Positions 12,462 to 23,622 of a stretch of 36,807 nt of DNA are shown piece by piece. The translations under genes and the position numbers were made by a program. Numbering within the stretch: the stretch's first letter is position 1; every line of letters begins with the position of its first letter. The stretch covers positions 114,455,642 to 114,492,448 of the forward strand of contig NC_068981.1 in the NCBI RefSeq assembly GCF_001194135.2, read 5' to 3'. Below the pieces are notes generated by a model, which was not told the origin of the DNA, did not search any database, and saw only the letters and a list, made by a program, of their open reading frames with translations. The stretch is from Octopus bimaculoides. Lineage: Eukaryota.

Positions 12462-13725
12462 CAGTAGTGTGCAAATTAATCTGGACAGGATCTAATTTCG
12501 TGACATTTTTCATATGTCGTAATTTGTGAATAAACTAATGACGTTTTTGTTCTTTTTCGTTCAGAAGAGTCCAGGGACGACATCTGGCATCTAATCAGTT
12601 GTGGCTTTGATCCAGTATCTGCATGAGTGCCTCTCTGGAGCTCGTTCAGTGTTGTTCTTGCGCGCATTCATAATCAGCTTTTTAATTCATGGCGAATATC
12701 ACACCCCGGAAGCGTGATGGCTCTTTAAAAAAAGGCTAGTTTTAGTATCAGACAGATTGCTGAAAAATTGAACGTGGCAAAGTGAACCGTTGGTGAAATT
12801 ATGAAGGAAGGTGAAGACACAAGCGTACAAGCCGAGGAAGATGTGGAAAATGTGGAAGATGTGGAAGATGTGGAAGATGATGCATGACAACACCTTACGA
12901 TGATAAGGATTTGATCAGAAAAAGCGTGAAGGATTCAAGAAAACCAATAAAGATCTTAAGAGAGACTTGGCTTCAACTAGTTTAAATGTTTCGTCTTTAA
13001 CTTTCCGTAGAAGGCTCCTTGAAGCTGGAAGACCTGTCAGAAAGCCGGTACGTAAACATTTATTGACTGCTGTTATGAAGAGAAAACATCTGCGCTGGGC
13101 ACACGCGATCATGCTGGATGGAAGGCAGATAATTGGAGAAAGGTAATATATTCGGATGAATTGCATTTTGTTTTGGAGTTGTTTTACTGCTGAAGGTCCA
13201 AGACGGCTTTTAATGTCGAGGGAATGATAAATAGCGATAAATACAAGGTGATACTACAAGCTCACTTGCTTCCCGTGATGCAAAGGAATTTTCCTTATGG
13301 AGACGCTATTTTCCAGCTGGATCTCGCTCCGTGTCATACTTCCAGAAAAATGCGCACATTCTTTTGAGGAAGTGGAACAAGCGTCCTCGATTACCTTGGA
13401 AATTCTTCTGACATCAACCTCATTAAAAACCTGAGGACTAAAATCAAACGCAGAATCGTAAAAGACCACTGTCCGACGATGCAGAAGCTAATCTATGCTG
13501 TTATTAAGGCTTGGTACCATGGCGAAGAACTGAGAAAAAGGTGTTCAACACTGATGGATTCTATGCCAAACCGTATGAAAAGGCTTATACATGCAAAGGG
13601 TGGTCATATTTCATGTGAAATGCATCATCACGCATATAATTACCACGTGTTTTCAGAATAAATATCAGTTTACTAAAAATAACTGTATTATTTTAATCGC
13701 TGTTTGGATTGATTTTTATACACAC
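12462..13725 (+). mobile_element. Tc1-like DNA transposon, decayed
   Basis: Begins TA+CAGTAGTGTGCAAATTAATCTGGACAG. A degenerate inverted copy (CTGTTTGGATTGATTTTTATACAC, ~13700-13723) runs into (CA)n. Transposase remnants lie between. Confidence 0.75.
12689..13615 (+). pseudogene. Tc1-family transposase pseudogene
   Basis: Across frameshifts: SIRQIAEKLNVAK, RGRCG.., WRKVIYSDE, FWSCF, FQLDLAPCH, GNSSDINLIKNL (degenerate NSPDLNPIENLW), MDSMPNRMKRLIHAKGG. About 45 codons appear to be missing after SDE. Confidence 0.85.
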
Positions 13726-13727
13726 GC

Positions 13728-13773
<46 letters not shown>

Positions 13774-13945
13774 GCAACGGGAGGAGATTAATACTAGCAT
13801 GGATAATATTAAGAGTATTGACACGAAACTCTGGATTCTTGTGAAACGCCTGTAATCTCAATTAATTATGTATATATACCGAACTTTCTCAATCACCACC
13901 TCGTTTCGGCTTGTGGGGCGTGCCTTGTTCTCCACTAAAGTACAG

Positions 13946-14555
13946 NNNNNNNNNNNNNNNNNNNNNNNNNNNNNNNNNNNNNNNNNNNNNNNNNNNNNNN
14001 NNNNNNNNNNNNNNNNNNNNNNNNNNNNNNNNNNNNNNNNNNNNNNNNNNNNNNNNNNNNNNNNNNNNNNNNNNNNNNNNNNNNNNNNNNNNNNNNNNNN
14101 NNNNNNNNNNNNNNNNNNNNNNNNNNNNNNNNNNNNNNNNNNNNNNNNNNNNNNNNNNNNNNNNNNNNNNNNNNNNNNNNNNNNNNNNNNNNNNNNNNNN
14201 NNNNNNNNNNNNNNNNNNNNNNNNNNNNNNNNNNNNNNNNNNNNNNNNNNNNNNNNNNNNNNNNNNNNNNNNNNNNNNNNNNNNNNNNNNNNNNNNNNNN
14301 NNNNNNNNNNNNNNNNNNNNNNNNNNNNNNNNNNNNNNNNNNNNNNNNNNNNNNNNNNNNNNNNNNNNNNNNNNNNNNNNNNNNNNNNNNNNNNNNNNNN
14401 NNNNNNNNNNNNNNNNNNNNNNNNNNNNNNNNNNNNNNNNNNNNNNNNNNNNNNNNNNNNNNNNNNNNNNNNNNNNNNNNNNNNNNNNNNNNNNNNNNNN
14501 NNNNNNNNNNNNNNNNNNNNNNNNNNNNNNNNNNNNNNNNNNNNNNNNNNNNNNN
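13946..14555. other. Assembly gap (others: 16429-16616, 19329-19661, 20261-20756, 23364-23563, 30813-30822, 33118-33409, 34977-35043)
   Basis: N runs, nearly all flanked by (TA)n or (TG)n. ORFs spanning them are artefacts. Confidence 0.99.
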
Positions 14556-14914
14556 TATATATATGTATGTACATATATATATATACGTATGTTTACATGT
14601 ATGTATGTCGGCATGTAAGTAGGTAGGTAGGTAGGTAGGTGTAGAGTATCTATAAATAATGTACATGTATATTTCTATGGTTTCATGAGAAAATTTCTTA
14701 TTCATTCTCTAACCATTGTGAGTTAGGCATATAATTAAACAGATAACTATATAGTGGCATTCGCATATATAGTAAGAAATTTTTTGCGCAGGGTTGTAAT
14801 GTTACATTTCATCTATTACATCTCTTTTACTGATTTAGATCTGTGCATATTTGTATAGAAGTGAGGAGTTTGTATTTGCATTTATAATGGCAGATCGAAT
14901 TTCATTATATAACG

Positions 14915-14916
<2 letters not shown>

Positions 14917-14995
<79 letters not shown>
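14917..14995. repeat. Pure (TC)n microsatellite
   Basis: Uninterrupted TC run of about 79 bp. Confidence 0.97.
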
Positions 14996-14997
<2 letters not shown>

Positions 14998-16385
14998 AAA
15001 AAAAATTGAAATAAAGGCATGATATGTGGAATTGGGTATTAAAACTACTGAGTTAAGATTTGCACTAAGTAAATATGTAAAATTAAGAAAATATTCATAT
15101 TTCATTGAATTTGGGACGAATTTTCCAAATGTGATCTGAAAAATCTTATACATTACTATATATCTATCTATATATACAAACACACACACATAAGGATGCA
15201 TAGATTTATATATACATGTGTACACACATGCACGCACACATACATGTGTAGAAGCAACTCACTCGATTGTAACGGAGTGTCTGCTTGTTAATGCTGAAAG
15301 CCCATTAAATCGAAAGTAAACCGACAAATAGGAGCATGCTTCTCTTAATGCCGAAACTAGAGGTCATTTTGTATTGTTTTTAATGCAAAGAAAACAAGAT
15401 TTTAAAATATTTTCTCCAAGCATTCATTGTAGGTAATTTTTGTTAATACTGTTCAGATTTGAGTTAATCAAACCACAGCTTCTGTAACTTTGTTTAGCGG
15501 TCGCAGAAGAATTTTGGGTGGATAAGAAGCATTGTATTGCGGCAAGTTTGTTTCCATTGGAGATGTTGAATCATTTTTGTGTTGATGATGTGGTTGAATA
15601 ATTTCTCAACATCCTTGAATACAACACAAAAATAACAACAACGCAAAAATAATTCAAAGCCATAAAAATAAATCAATATCCATATTCAGCCGAAACAAAA
15701 TTCCCTGTAAAAAAAATATGATGGCTGACCAAGTAAAAGCAGCTACTGTTTGATAAAGCAAAAAATGATACATTATTAAGGGTGTTTGCCCTTTCACAAT
15801 TTATAATCCACCAAAATATTCTGCTTTATATATATAATACAGAATTCAAAGCCTGCTTGTTATAGTCAACGTTTTAGCCATCTATTTTTCTTGCCTATCG
15901 CATTTCAAACTGAAACTTTTTTCAACCTTGTTCTCATTCTGCATCTTTATCAGAAATATTCTCAGAATATACCGCTCCCCTACTTCCACTTAACTCAGTC
16001 TATTCTCTGACTTATGCAAGTCCCTCATGAAAACCAAGTAATATTAGAATCCCTATTCCACTGTCTTGTTGCACAACTGAGAATAGAAATCAGAAAATTT
16101 AAAACTATGTTTTTCTTTTGTGTTTTTAATATTTATGCATTTTTTCTTTCTTACTTAAATGCTCGCACGTGGTATTTACTCATATGCAGTCAAATGATGG
16201 TGTTGTTAGAACTCAGTATAAGCGTTGATAGATTGAAACCTTCTAACCTAGTTGCAAATAGGACCATCTCATATCGGGATGGAGCTAATTGCAACCAAGC
16301 GATTGTTCAAATCTCTCACGCAGCAGAGATTATTTCAAACAAATTAAGAATTTTATCATGTGTTTAATATACCGTTGTTCGTCAT

Positions 16386-16428
<43 letters not shown>

Positions 16429-16616
16429 NNNNNNNNNNNNNNNNNNNNNNNNNNNNNNNNNNNNNNNNNNNNNNNNNNNNNNNNNNNNNNNNNNNNNNNN
16501 NNNNNNNNNNNNNNNNNNNNNNNNNNNNNNNNNNNNNNNNNNNNNNNNNNNNNNNNNNNNNNNNNNNNNNNNNNNNNNNNNNNNNNNNNNNNNNNNNNNN
16601 NNNNNNNNNNNNNNNN

Positions 16617-16657
<41 letters not shown>

Positions 16658-17059
16658 AGGGAGGATAATGAAAAAAGATCAAAAATTCAAAAATTCTCCA
16701 AAATGGATTTGCAACTTAGAAAAGACAATTACATTTGCTGGAGACATAGGGAAACTTTCTGCTATAAAAGGGAGTCATTAGCACAACAGTTGGTCTACCT
16801 TGTCTCCAGCAGAATGAGATGCTTAGACATACAAAAAAAATGGTAGAACACATTTATGATGACTAACACTGAAATAAGATTATATCAAATGCCATACAGG
16901 ATAAAATTTTTAAAGCCTTTCTGCACTTCCAGCATGATCACTTTCTTAGCTCATTTTCATTTCTTTTTCACATACGCGCGCGCGCACACCCACCCACACA
17001 CACGCACCCACCCACACACACAAACACACACATACACACGCACATACGCACATAACCGT

Positions 17060-18945
17060 ATATGTCTCGCAAGACTATGGATCTACTCTGGAATAGTTGG
17101 CAGAGAAACTTCTATTTTGACTATAGAGACTTACGTGTGAGTGACAGCTCTGGCTGTACTGACAGCATTCGAAGGTGCTGTTTTTTCAACTCATTTTCTT
17201 TTTTTCATCGGCAAGCCGCACCCGCCTCTCGCATATTTTTAGACCCTCTTCTAGTTCTAGCAACCAGCGGGAGCAATCATCAACAATGTTCTTGCATTTT
17301 TGGATGTTGACGTAACGAGACTTAATATTTCTCGGTTCACCACGCTCCAGGTGTTTCAAAATGCTCCCATCTGACATTCAGCGTACATGGTCCAGCCAGC
17401 GGAGATGTTGTTGGGGTAGGATGAGTAGACTGTGAATCTGCGCTCGGGCACAAATACGCAATCTCATTTTCGCTGTCTTCACTTAATGTTTATTATCCGT
17501 TTCAAGCTTCGTAGGTGGCTGACATTTAGACATCGCGCTTGTCTGAAGTAGATGTTCCAAGTCCCACTGCCATAAAGCAGTGGGTTATGGACGTGAGCCC
17601 TGTAGACTGCGAGCTTGACGTGTGCTGGTAGCTTGTTGCTTTCTCAGACTGTCGTTGTAAGTCGAGCTAATGTTGATGTTATTCTTCCAGTCTGTTGATC
17701 CCAGACTGTACAGAGAGGTTGTTCTTGGTGGTGAAACCGAGGTATATAAACACATGAAGTACCTTCAGCTCGCAGTTGTTGATGGTAATGATAGACAAGT
17801 GCTCAACATCTTCACCCAGCATTTATATCTTCTTCAGACACGATCAAGTCGAAGCCGAGACTATGCGGCGTTGCAGTTGCTCCCCCGAATGTGTTGCTAG
17901 TACCACATCATCTGCGAAAATTATGTTTCTGATGAGTTATAGTTCTGATCAGTTATAGTTATATGAGTTTAGTTTTTGTCTTCAGTTAGTTCAGACTAAG
18001 CACTTTCCGGGAATGTAAACACCCTCCGTTAATAATCCAAATGCGTACGTGACAGCAAAGAAGACATTAAACAGCAGGGGAAAGCATATAACTTTGTTTC
18101 ACCCCACTGCGAATGCTGAAGGATTCTGAGGAAGGGACACCTTGCATGTTTGTACAAAATGACTGATAAATTATGACTAATCGCGGGTAGCATCCAAGAC
18201 TAACAATGATTTTGAATATGTCATTTGTATTTACAGGTTCAAAGGCATTCCTGAGGTCAAGGCCAGTAGTCTTTGCTTTCTGCATTTTATTTGTAGTGGT
18301 CAAAGGGAAAAGATCATGTCGGTTATGGTGCGTTCTGACCTGAAGCCGCATTGAAACTTTGTTCTTGCAGAGTAACTATATTTTAGTCTCTCATACCCCG
18401 TATCACCGTTCTTTTCCAGCATTAGCGCAGCAGTTTGTAGAGGTAGCGCAACAGGATTCTCTTTGCCCACTTGATGGCTTTTGATGAAGTGTTATCCAAT
18501 TCCAATGCTTTGATAATGGGAAAATAGCCATGCATCTAGTTCCTACATCATTAGAAGATGTTCTACGATGTTCAGCACATTGAACGAGATACTGTTTTCT
18601 GTGGAATAGAGTTTGAAACAATACCCTACCCATCTTTCCATCTGCTTACTTCTATCTTCGAGGGTTTCGCCTTTTACGATTTTCAGTGGTGTTGTTTCGT
18701 TCATAGTTGGTATGATTGCATTCTTAATCCCTTCAATCATGTCACGTGTATCAAATGATGTGTCAAATACTTTTGCAAAACTGTAATCAATAGTCATTTG
18801 CACAGCATCTGGATGTTTTGTGGGTTTTGCTTCTTGTGTTTCTTTATATTTGTTTGGTTTCCTGGTTGGAGCGATGTTTATGTTCGAGTAGTGCAGCACG
18901 CTTCGCCTGGATGACAGCGGTGAGCTTTCCTGAACTTGCTTGAAA
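17060..18945 (-). mobile_element. 5'-truncated, decayed RTE-clade LINE (ORF2 remnant)
   Basis: Minus strand: KQMERWV..LYS.EN; QCGFRSERTITDMIFSL; IRSGVKQ; IFADD (17907-17918); FIYLG; LLYGSGTW; WLDHVR; terminal FECC..SCHSHVSLYS zinc-finger-like remnant typical of RTE. Confidence 0.9.
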
Positions 18946-19289
18946 CCAAATGTGTGTGTGTGTGCGTGTACACACATGCATACCTACATATATGTATAAC
19001 CCCCCTCTCCACTACACACAGGGGTTCAGCAACTTGTTGACCGGAAAATAACGGAAACTAATACAGTATCTTAGCAACTACCTGGAGCTTTACTACGTTT
19101 AATACCAACTTCTATCACACCTATTAATAGAAACTTTCACCCCCGTAATGTGGACCATACTCTCAAGCCCTCAACTGTAAACATATCGTATGTTTATATG
19201 TCTGTGTTTTTATATGCAAGGAAAATACGAACCACTGCAGGAATCCAGTCTTCCTAACGCATGAAATATGTGTGTCTATATATTATATG

Positions 19290-19328
<39 letters not shown>

Positions 19329-19663
19329 NNNNNNNNNNNNNNNNNNNNNNNNNNNNNNNNNNNNNNNNNNNNNNNNNNNNNNNNNNNNNNNNNNNNNNNN
19401 NNNNNNNNNNNNNNNNNNNNNNNNNNNNNNNNNNNNNNNNNNNNNNNNNNNNNNNNNNNNNNNNNNNNNNNNNNNNNNNNNNNNNNNNNNNNNNNNNNNN
19501 NNNNNNNNNNNNNNNNNNNNNNNNNNNNNNNNNNNNNNNNNNNNNNNNNNNNNNNNNNNNNNNNNNNNNNNNNNNNNNNNNNNNNNNNNNNNNNNNNNNN
19601 NNNNNNNNNNNNNNNNNNNNNNNNNNNNNNNNNNNNNNNNNNNNNNNNNNNNNNNNNNNNNGT

Positions 19664-19706
<43 letters not shown>

Positions 19707-20226
19707 TGTGTGTATATGTATGTTTATATATACATATATTAGCCCTCTGAACTTTTTAGACCCTCTTCTAAACTCTCTGATGAAGCCTAGAGGCACACCT
19801 AAGTACGTTAATTTTATCCACTGAACACTACTGAAAAAATGGAAATAACATGTGGGGTACTGTGACCTCTGTAAGAAACTGTTCTTCTTTTATTGTTATA
19901 GAAATTACTGGTATTTATTTATGTATGTAAAACACAATCTTTCCATATGTATATATATATTCTCATAATTGTTTAAAATAAATAAATAGACATAATATAA
20001 TGCCTAGCAGTTGATGCATACTATCTCTGGATCTCCTCCATTTTCTTCTTGCCGTATAAATTAAGGATAAACCACTTTTTACCCTCGTCCATTTATTACG
20101 CTCAATAGTGCAATTTGCCACGCAATAACCAACACTTGTGTATTAATAATTGGGTATATTACCAGCAGTATATTTGGATATATACTATCCCTTAGTTGGT
20201 TGGATTCACAACCGCTAACTCTCTTT

Positions 20227-20260
<34 letters not shown>

Positions 20261-21488
20261 NNNNNNNNNNNNNNNNNNNNNNNNNNNNNNNNNNNNNNNN
20301 NNNNNNNNNNNNNNNNNNNNNNNNNNNNNNNNNNNNNNNNNNNNNNNNNNNNNNNNNNNNNNNNNNNNNNNNNNNNNNNNNNNNNNNNNNNNNNNNNNNN
20401 NNNNNNNNNNNNNNNNNNNNNNNNNNNNNNNNNNNNNNNNNNNNNNNNNNNNNNNNNNNNNNNNNNNNNNNNNNNNNNNNNNNNNNNNNNNNNNNNNNNN
20501 NNNNNNNNNNNNNNNNNNNNNNNNNNNNNNNNNNNNNNNNNNNNNNNNNNNNNNNNNNNNNNNNNNNNNNNNNNNNNNNNNNNNNNNNNNNNNNNNNNNN
20601 NNNNNNNNNNNNNNNNNNNNNNNNNNNNNNNNNNNNNNNNNNNNNNNNNNNNNNNNNNNNNNNNNNNNNNNNNNNNNNNNNNNNNNNNNNNNNNNNNNNN
20701 NNNNNNNNNNNNNNNNNNNNNNNNNNNNNNNNNNNNNNNNNNNNNNNNNNNNNNNNTATATATATATATATCCAACACGTTATATTTCGTATAGCATTTT
20801 ATTTGCTTCCAACTATTAATAAGAATATAACATACCATCAAGATACTGATAACTGTTTCCTAATCCGCTAATCGGTTAACGGCACATCTATCTTTTGTGT
20901 GTCAATAGCAGAGTTCGTTTTCCTGCAAGTATCCGATACGGGTATCCTGTCTGGAGATAACTTCTTCGTTTCACCTCCTCTCAGCACTCATCGACATCTT
21001 GCCTTCTAACTATCCATGAAAAAATTCTATGTGAGCATGTTGAAATTATTCTAAGCTGTTGATTTATTTAGACGTGTGCCTGTTGTACTGGAATTAACCA
21101 GCTGCCATTTCTAATAACATGCTGCTTTTGATATATAAGTCATGTGAAATGTTAAAATCAAGATGTTAATTCAAATATCCAACTTCTATAGCTTTAAGCT
21201 GGGGTATTTTGTATATCGTAACATGAAATACAGGAAATATCTGAAATCCATTATTTATAGCTAAGTCGAACGACATAAAAAAACAGTCCTTCACAGATTA
21301 CAATAAAACACCTGAATTGATATCAGACCAATCGACAAAGTTAGCGAAACATTTACCAATCCCTCGATGATCTCATTTCTTACATCGATTAACTCTGCAA
21401 CTTATTTTACATCCAGATGGAGAGGAAGCGAGAAAGTGCTTTTGTAAGCACACTGCACAATAACAAGAAAATATGAAAACTGACTTAT

Positions 21489-21657
21489 AGGTCAGGGATT
21501 TCTGTGTAGTAAGAAATTTGCTTACCAACTACATGGTTCCTGGTTCAGTCCCACTGCGTGACATCTTGAGCAAGTATCTTCTATAGCTTCGGGCCTACCA
21601 AAGCCTTGTGAGTGGATTAGGTAGACGGAAACTGAAGGAAGCCTGTCGTATAAATAT
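21489..21657 (+). mobile_element. 5' head (tRNA-like plus CORE-like region) of an OR-like SINE
   Basis: TGTGTAGTAAGAAATTTGCTTACCAACTACATGGTTCCTGGTTCAGTCCCACTGCGTGACATCTTGAGCAAGT...GTAGACGGAAACTGAAGGAAGCC aligns with the reverse complement of 35100-35256. Confidence 0.85.
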
Positions 21658-23353
21658 GGTTCTAGGATAATTTTCATTGGAAAAATTTTCATTGGGATAA
21701 TTGCCGCTCGAAACATTAGCCCATGTGGGAGAATTACCACTGGGAACACTGCCACTCGGAACATTGTCCATGTGTGAATATTCTCACTGAGAACACTGCC
21801 CTGATGTGAGCATTGCCACTGGGAAATATTCAGTAAAATTTTACTTTCACACCCGTCTACAATTATAAATTGAATAAACGTTTATTATGTGTGTAGTATA
21901 TTTGTGAGAGGTTTGAAGGTCAGATTCGTTCATAACACAAAAATACATACAATAAACACTTATTCTATTTAGAACTTTAGAGGGTTTGTGAAAGTAAAAT
22001 AATTCCAAAATATTTTATACAAAAGAACAGTGTATACATTATGTGGTATTCGTCGACATGGTTTTAAAATTTAAATATAGGTTTCAGGTTTTCTTTTCAA
22101 AACACCTTATAATCTTCTGACTGAAATTGAAGTTGAGAATTGTTTTGGAAAATTTAACTTATTTAAAAAGACAAGTAAAGAATTATTTAAAAGGCTTTAC
22201 AATATTTAGAATTTTTTTTTAAATTTCAAATACAATTAATGATTATTTAAAAAGCATTAGATATTTAAAAGTTTAATTAAAATATGTGCATATTATATGC
22301 AATAGACTTAAAATCCAAAAAATTATGATTGGTGTTTCCATAAATGTCAACATTACGCTTCATTCGTACATTAATGTTATATTTTTTATTTTTCGAGAAA
22401 GGATCTCGTTTAAATTGAACACGCTTAGTTTTAGCTAAGCTTTCCTCCTGTTTCAATGCAAGGATTAGTTTCCAAAGGTTAGGGTGGGAATTACTCACAG
22501 ATTTATTTAGCACATTATGAAATGCTTCAACACTGTTATTGGTACGGGGTAAAGCTAGTTCAGTTCGATTGTAAACATTCCAAAGAGCAAGTGCGAACAT
22601 AGGTTGATCTCAGCATCGGTCGTTTCTTCTTCCTCTTAATATCCTTATGTAAGTCATTTCGAAGTAAAAGATAAATTCCGATGATATACTTTCATCCGCT
22701 GATAGCTCTTCAAAAACTTCAATAACTTATTCGGGTGGCACAAATGCAAGTGCGGAAAAATACTTCATTAAAAGAGAGAATGCATTATCGGTCTGGTATT
22801 GTTGTTTATAAACAAGATCATCCTTAGTTGCAGAGTGACAATACTCATTAACAAACTTTAAAATTTCAATATTCTCTATTAATGCCTTCGTGTGTAATTT
22901 TGCTTTCTTATTCTCTATTGATGCCTTTGTGTGTAATCTTTTCCCAATAAATAATTGTGCCACTCTTATTTTTGCCATGATACATGCATTGCAATTCATC
23001 AACAAGCATATCATTTCCACATTCACTTTTATCACATGTGCCATTATGGATCTTAACTTGAACAGTTTTAAAGCAAAACAAAACCATTTCGAATTAGCAA
23101 GCATGTCATAGCTCAAGTTTACTAGTAAATTGCTATTGACTGGGTTGTTGGGTGTATTTTTGTGTATATACGCAAATATGATATAGGGACCTACATATAA
23201 TAAACGTTTATTCCATGCTCACATCTGAGCAATGTTCCCCGTGACATTGTTCACATATGGGAATTTTTCCCAGTGGTAATTCTCTCACATGGTCAATGTT
23301 CCGAGTGGCAATTATCCCAGTGGAAGTTTTCTCAGTGGCAATCGTCCGCGCAC
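21658..23353 (-). mobile_element. Mutator (MULE/Phantom-like) deletion derivative with long TIRs of 15-18 bp repeat units
   Basis: Left and right arms are inverted homologues (GGGATAATTGCC.CTC.G.AACATT..CCATGTG.GAGAATTACCACTGGGAA; AATAAACGTTTATT in both). Internal remnants: LANSKWFC, FSALAFVPPE, LWNVYNRTELALPRTNNSVEAFHN..HPNLWKLILALKQEE. Confidence 0.85.
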
Positions 23354-23563
23354 GTGTGTATATNNNNNNNNNNNNNNNNNNNNNNNNNNNNNNNNNNNNN
23401 NNNNNNNNNNNNNNNNNNNNNNNNNNNNNNNNNNNNNNNNNNNNNNNNNNNNNNNNNNNNNNNNNNNNNNNNNNNNNNNNNNNNNNNNNNNNNNNNNNNN
23501 NNNNNNNNNNNNNNNNNNNNNNNNNNNNNNNNNNNNNNNNNNNNNNNNNNNNNNNNNNNNNNN

Positions 23564-23619
<56 letters not shown>

Positions 23620-23622
23620 AAT

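Noticed and set aside
13865-13945. Minus-strand ENKARPTSRNEVVIEKVR resembling a mariner GRP linker
   Set aside because: Only about 25 codons next to a gap; cannot be supported.
15465-15620. Minus-strand acceptor-like site followed by a protein-like frame (..PQYNASYPPKILLRPLNKVTEAVV*)
   Set aside because: That frame has a stop right after the best acceptor and I recognise no homology.
19019-19035. CAGGGGTTCAGCAAC, a hAT-like terminus
   Set aside because: No matching inverted end or transposase found.
19777-19810. CTGATGA-A-GCCT-AG-AGGC half-hammerhead
   Set aside because: No GAAA, no helix I and only a 2-nt loop.
21665-21835. CRISPR-like or protein-coding interpretation of the 15-bp arrays
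   Set aside because: No unique spacers or cas genes, eukaryotic context, and the arrays are explained as MULE TIR subrepeats.
22873-22945. Short direct tandem duplications (39 bp here; 16 bp at ~1936 and ~36016; 42-bp period at ~27858)
   Set aside because: Two-copy slippage duplications with no spacers or functional pattern.
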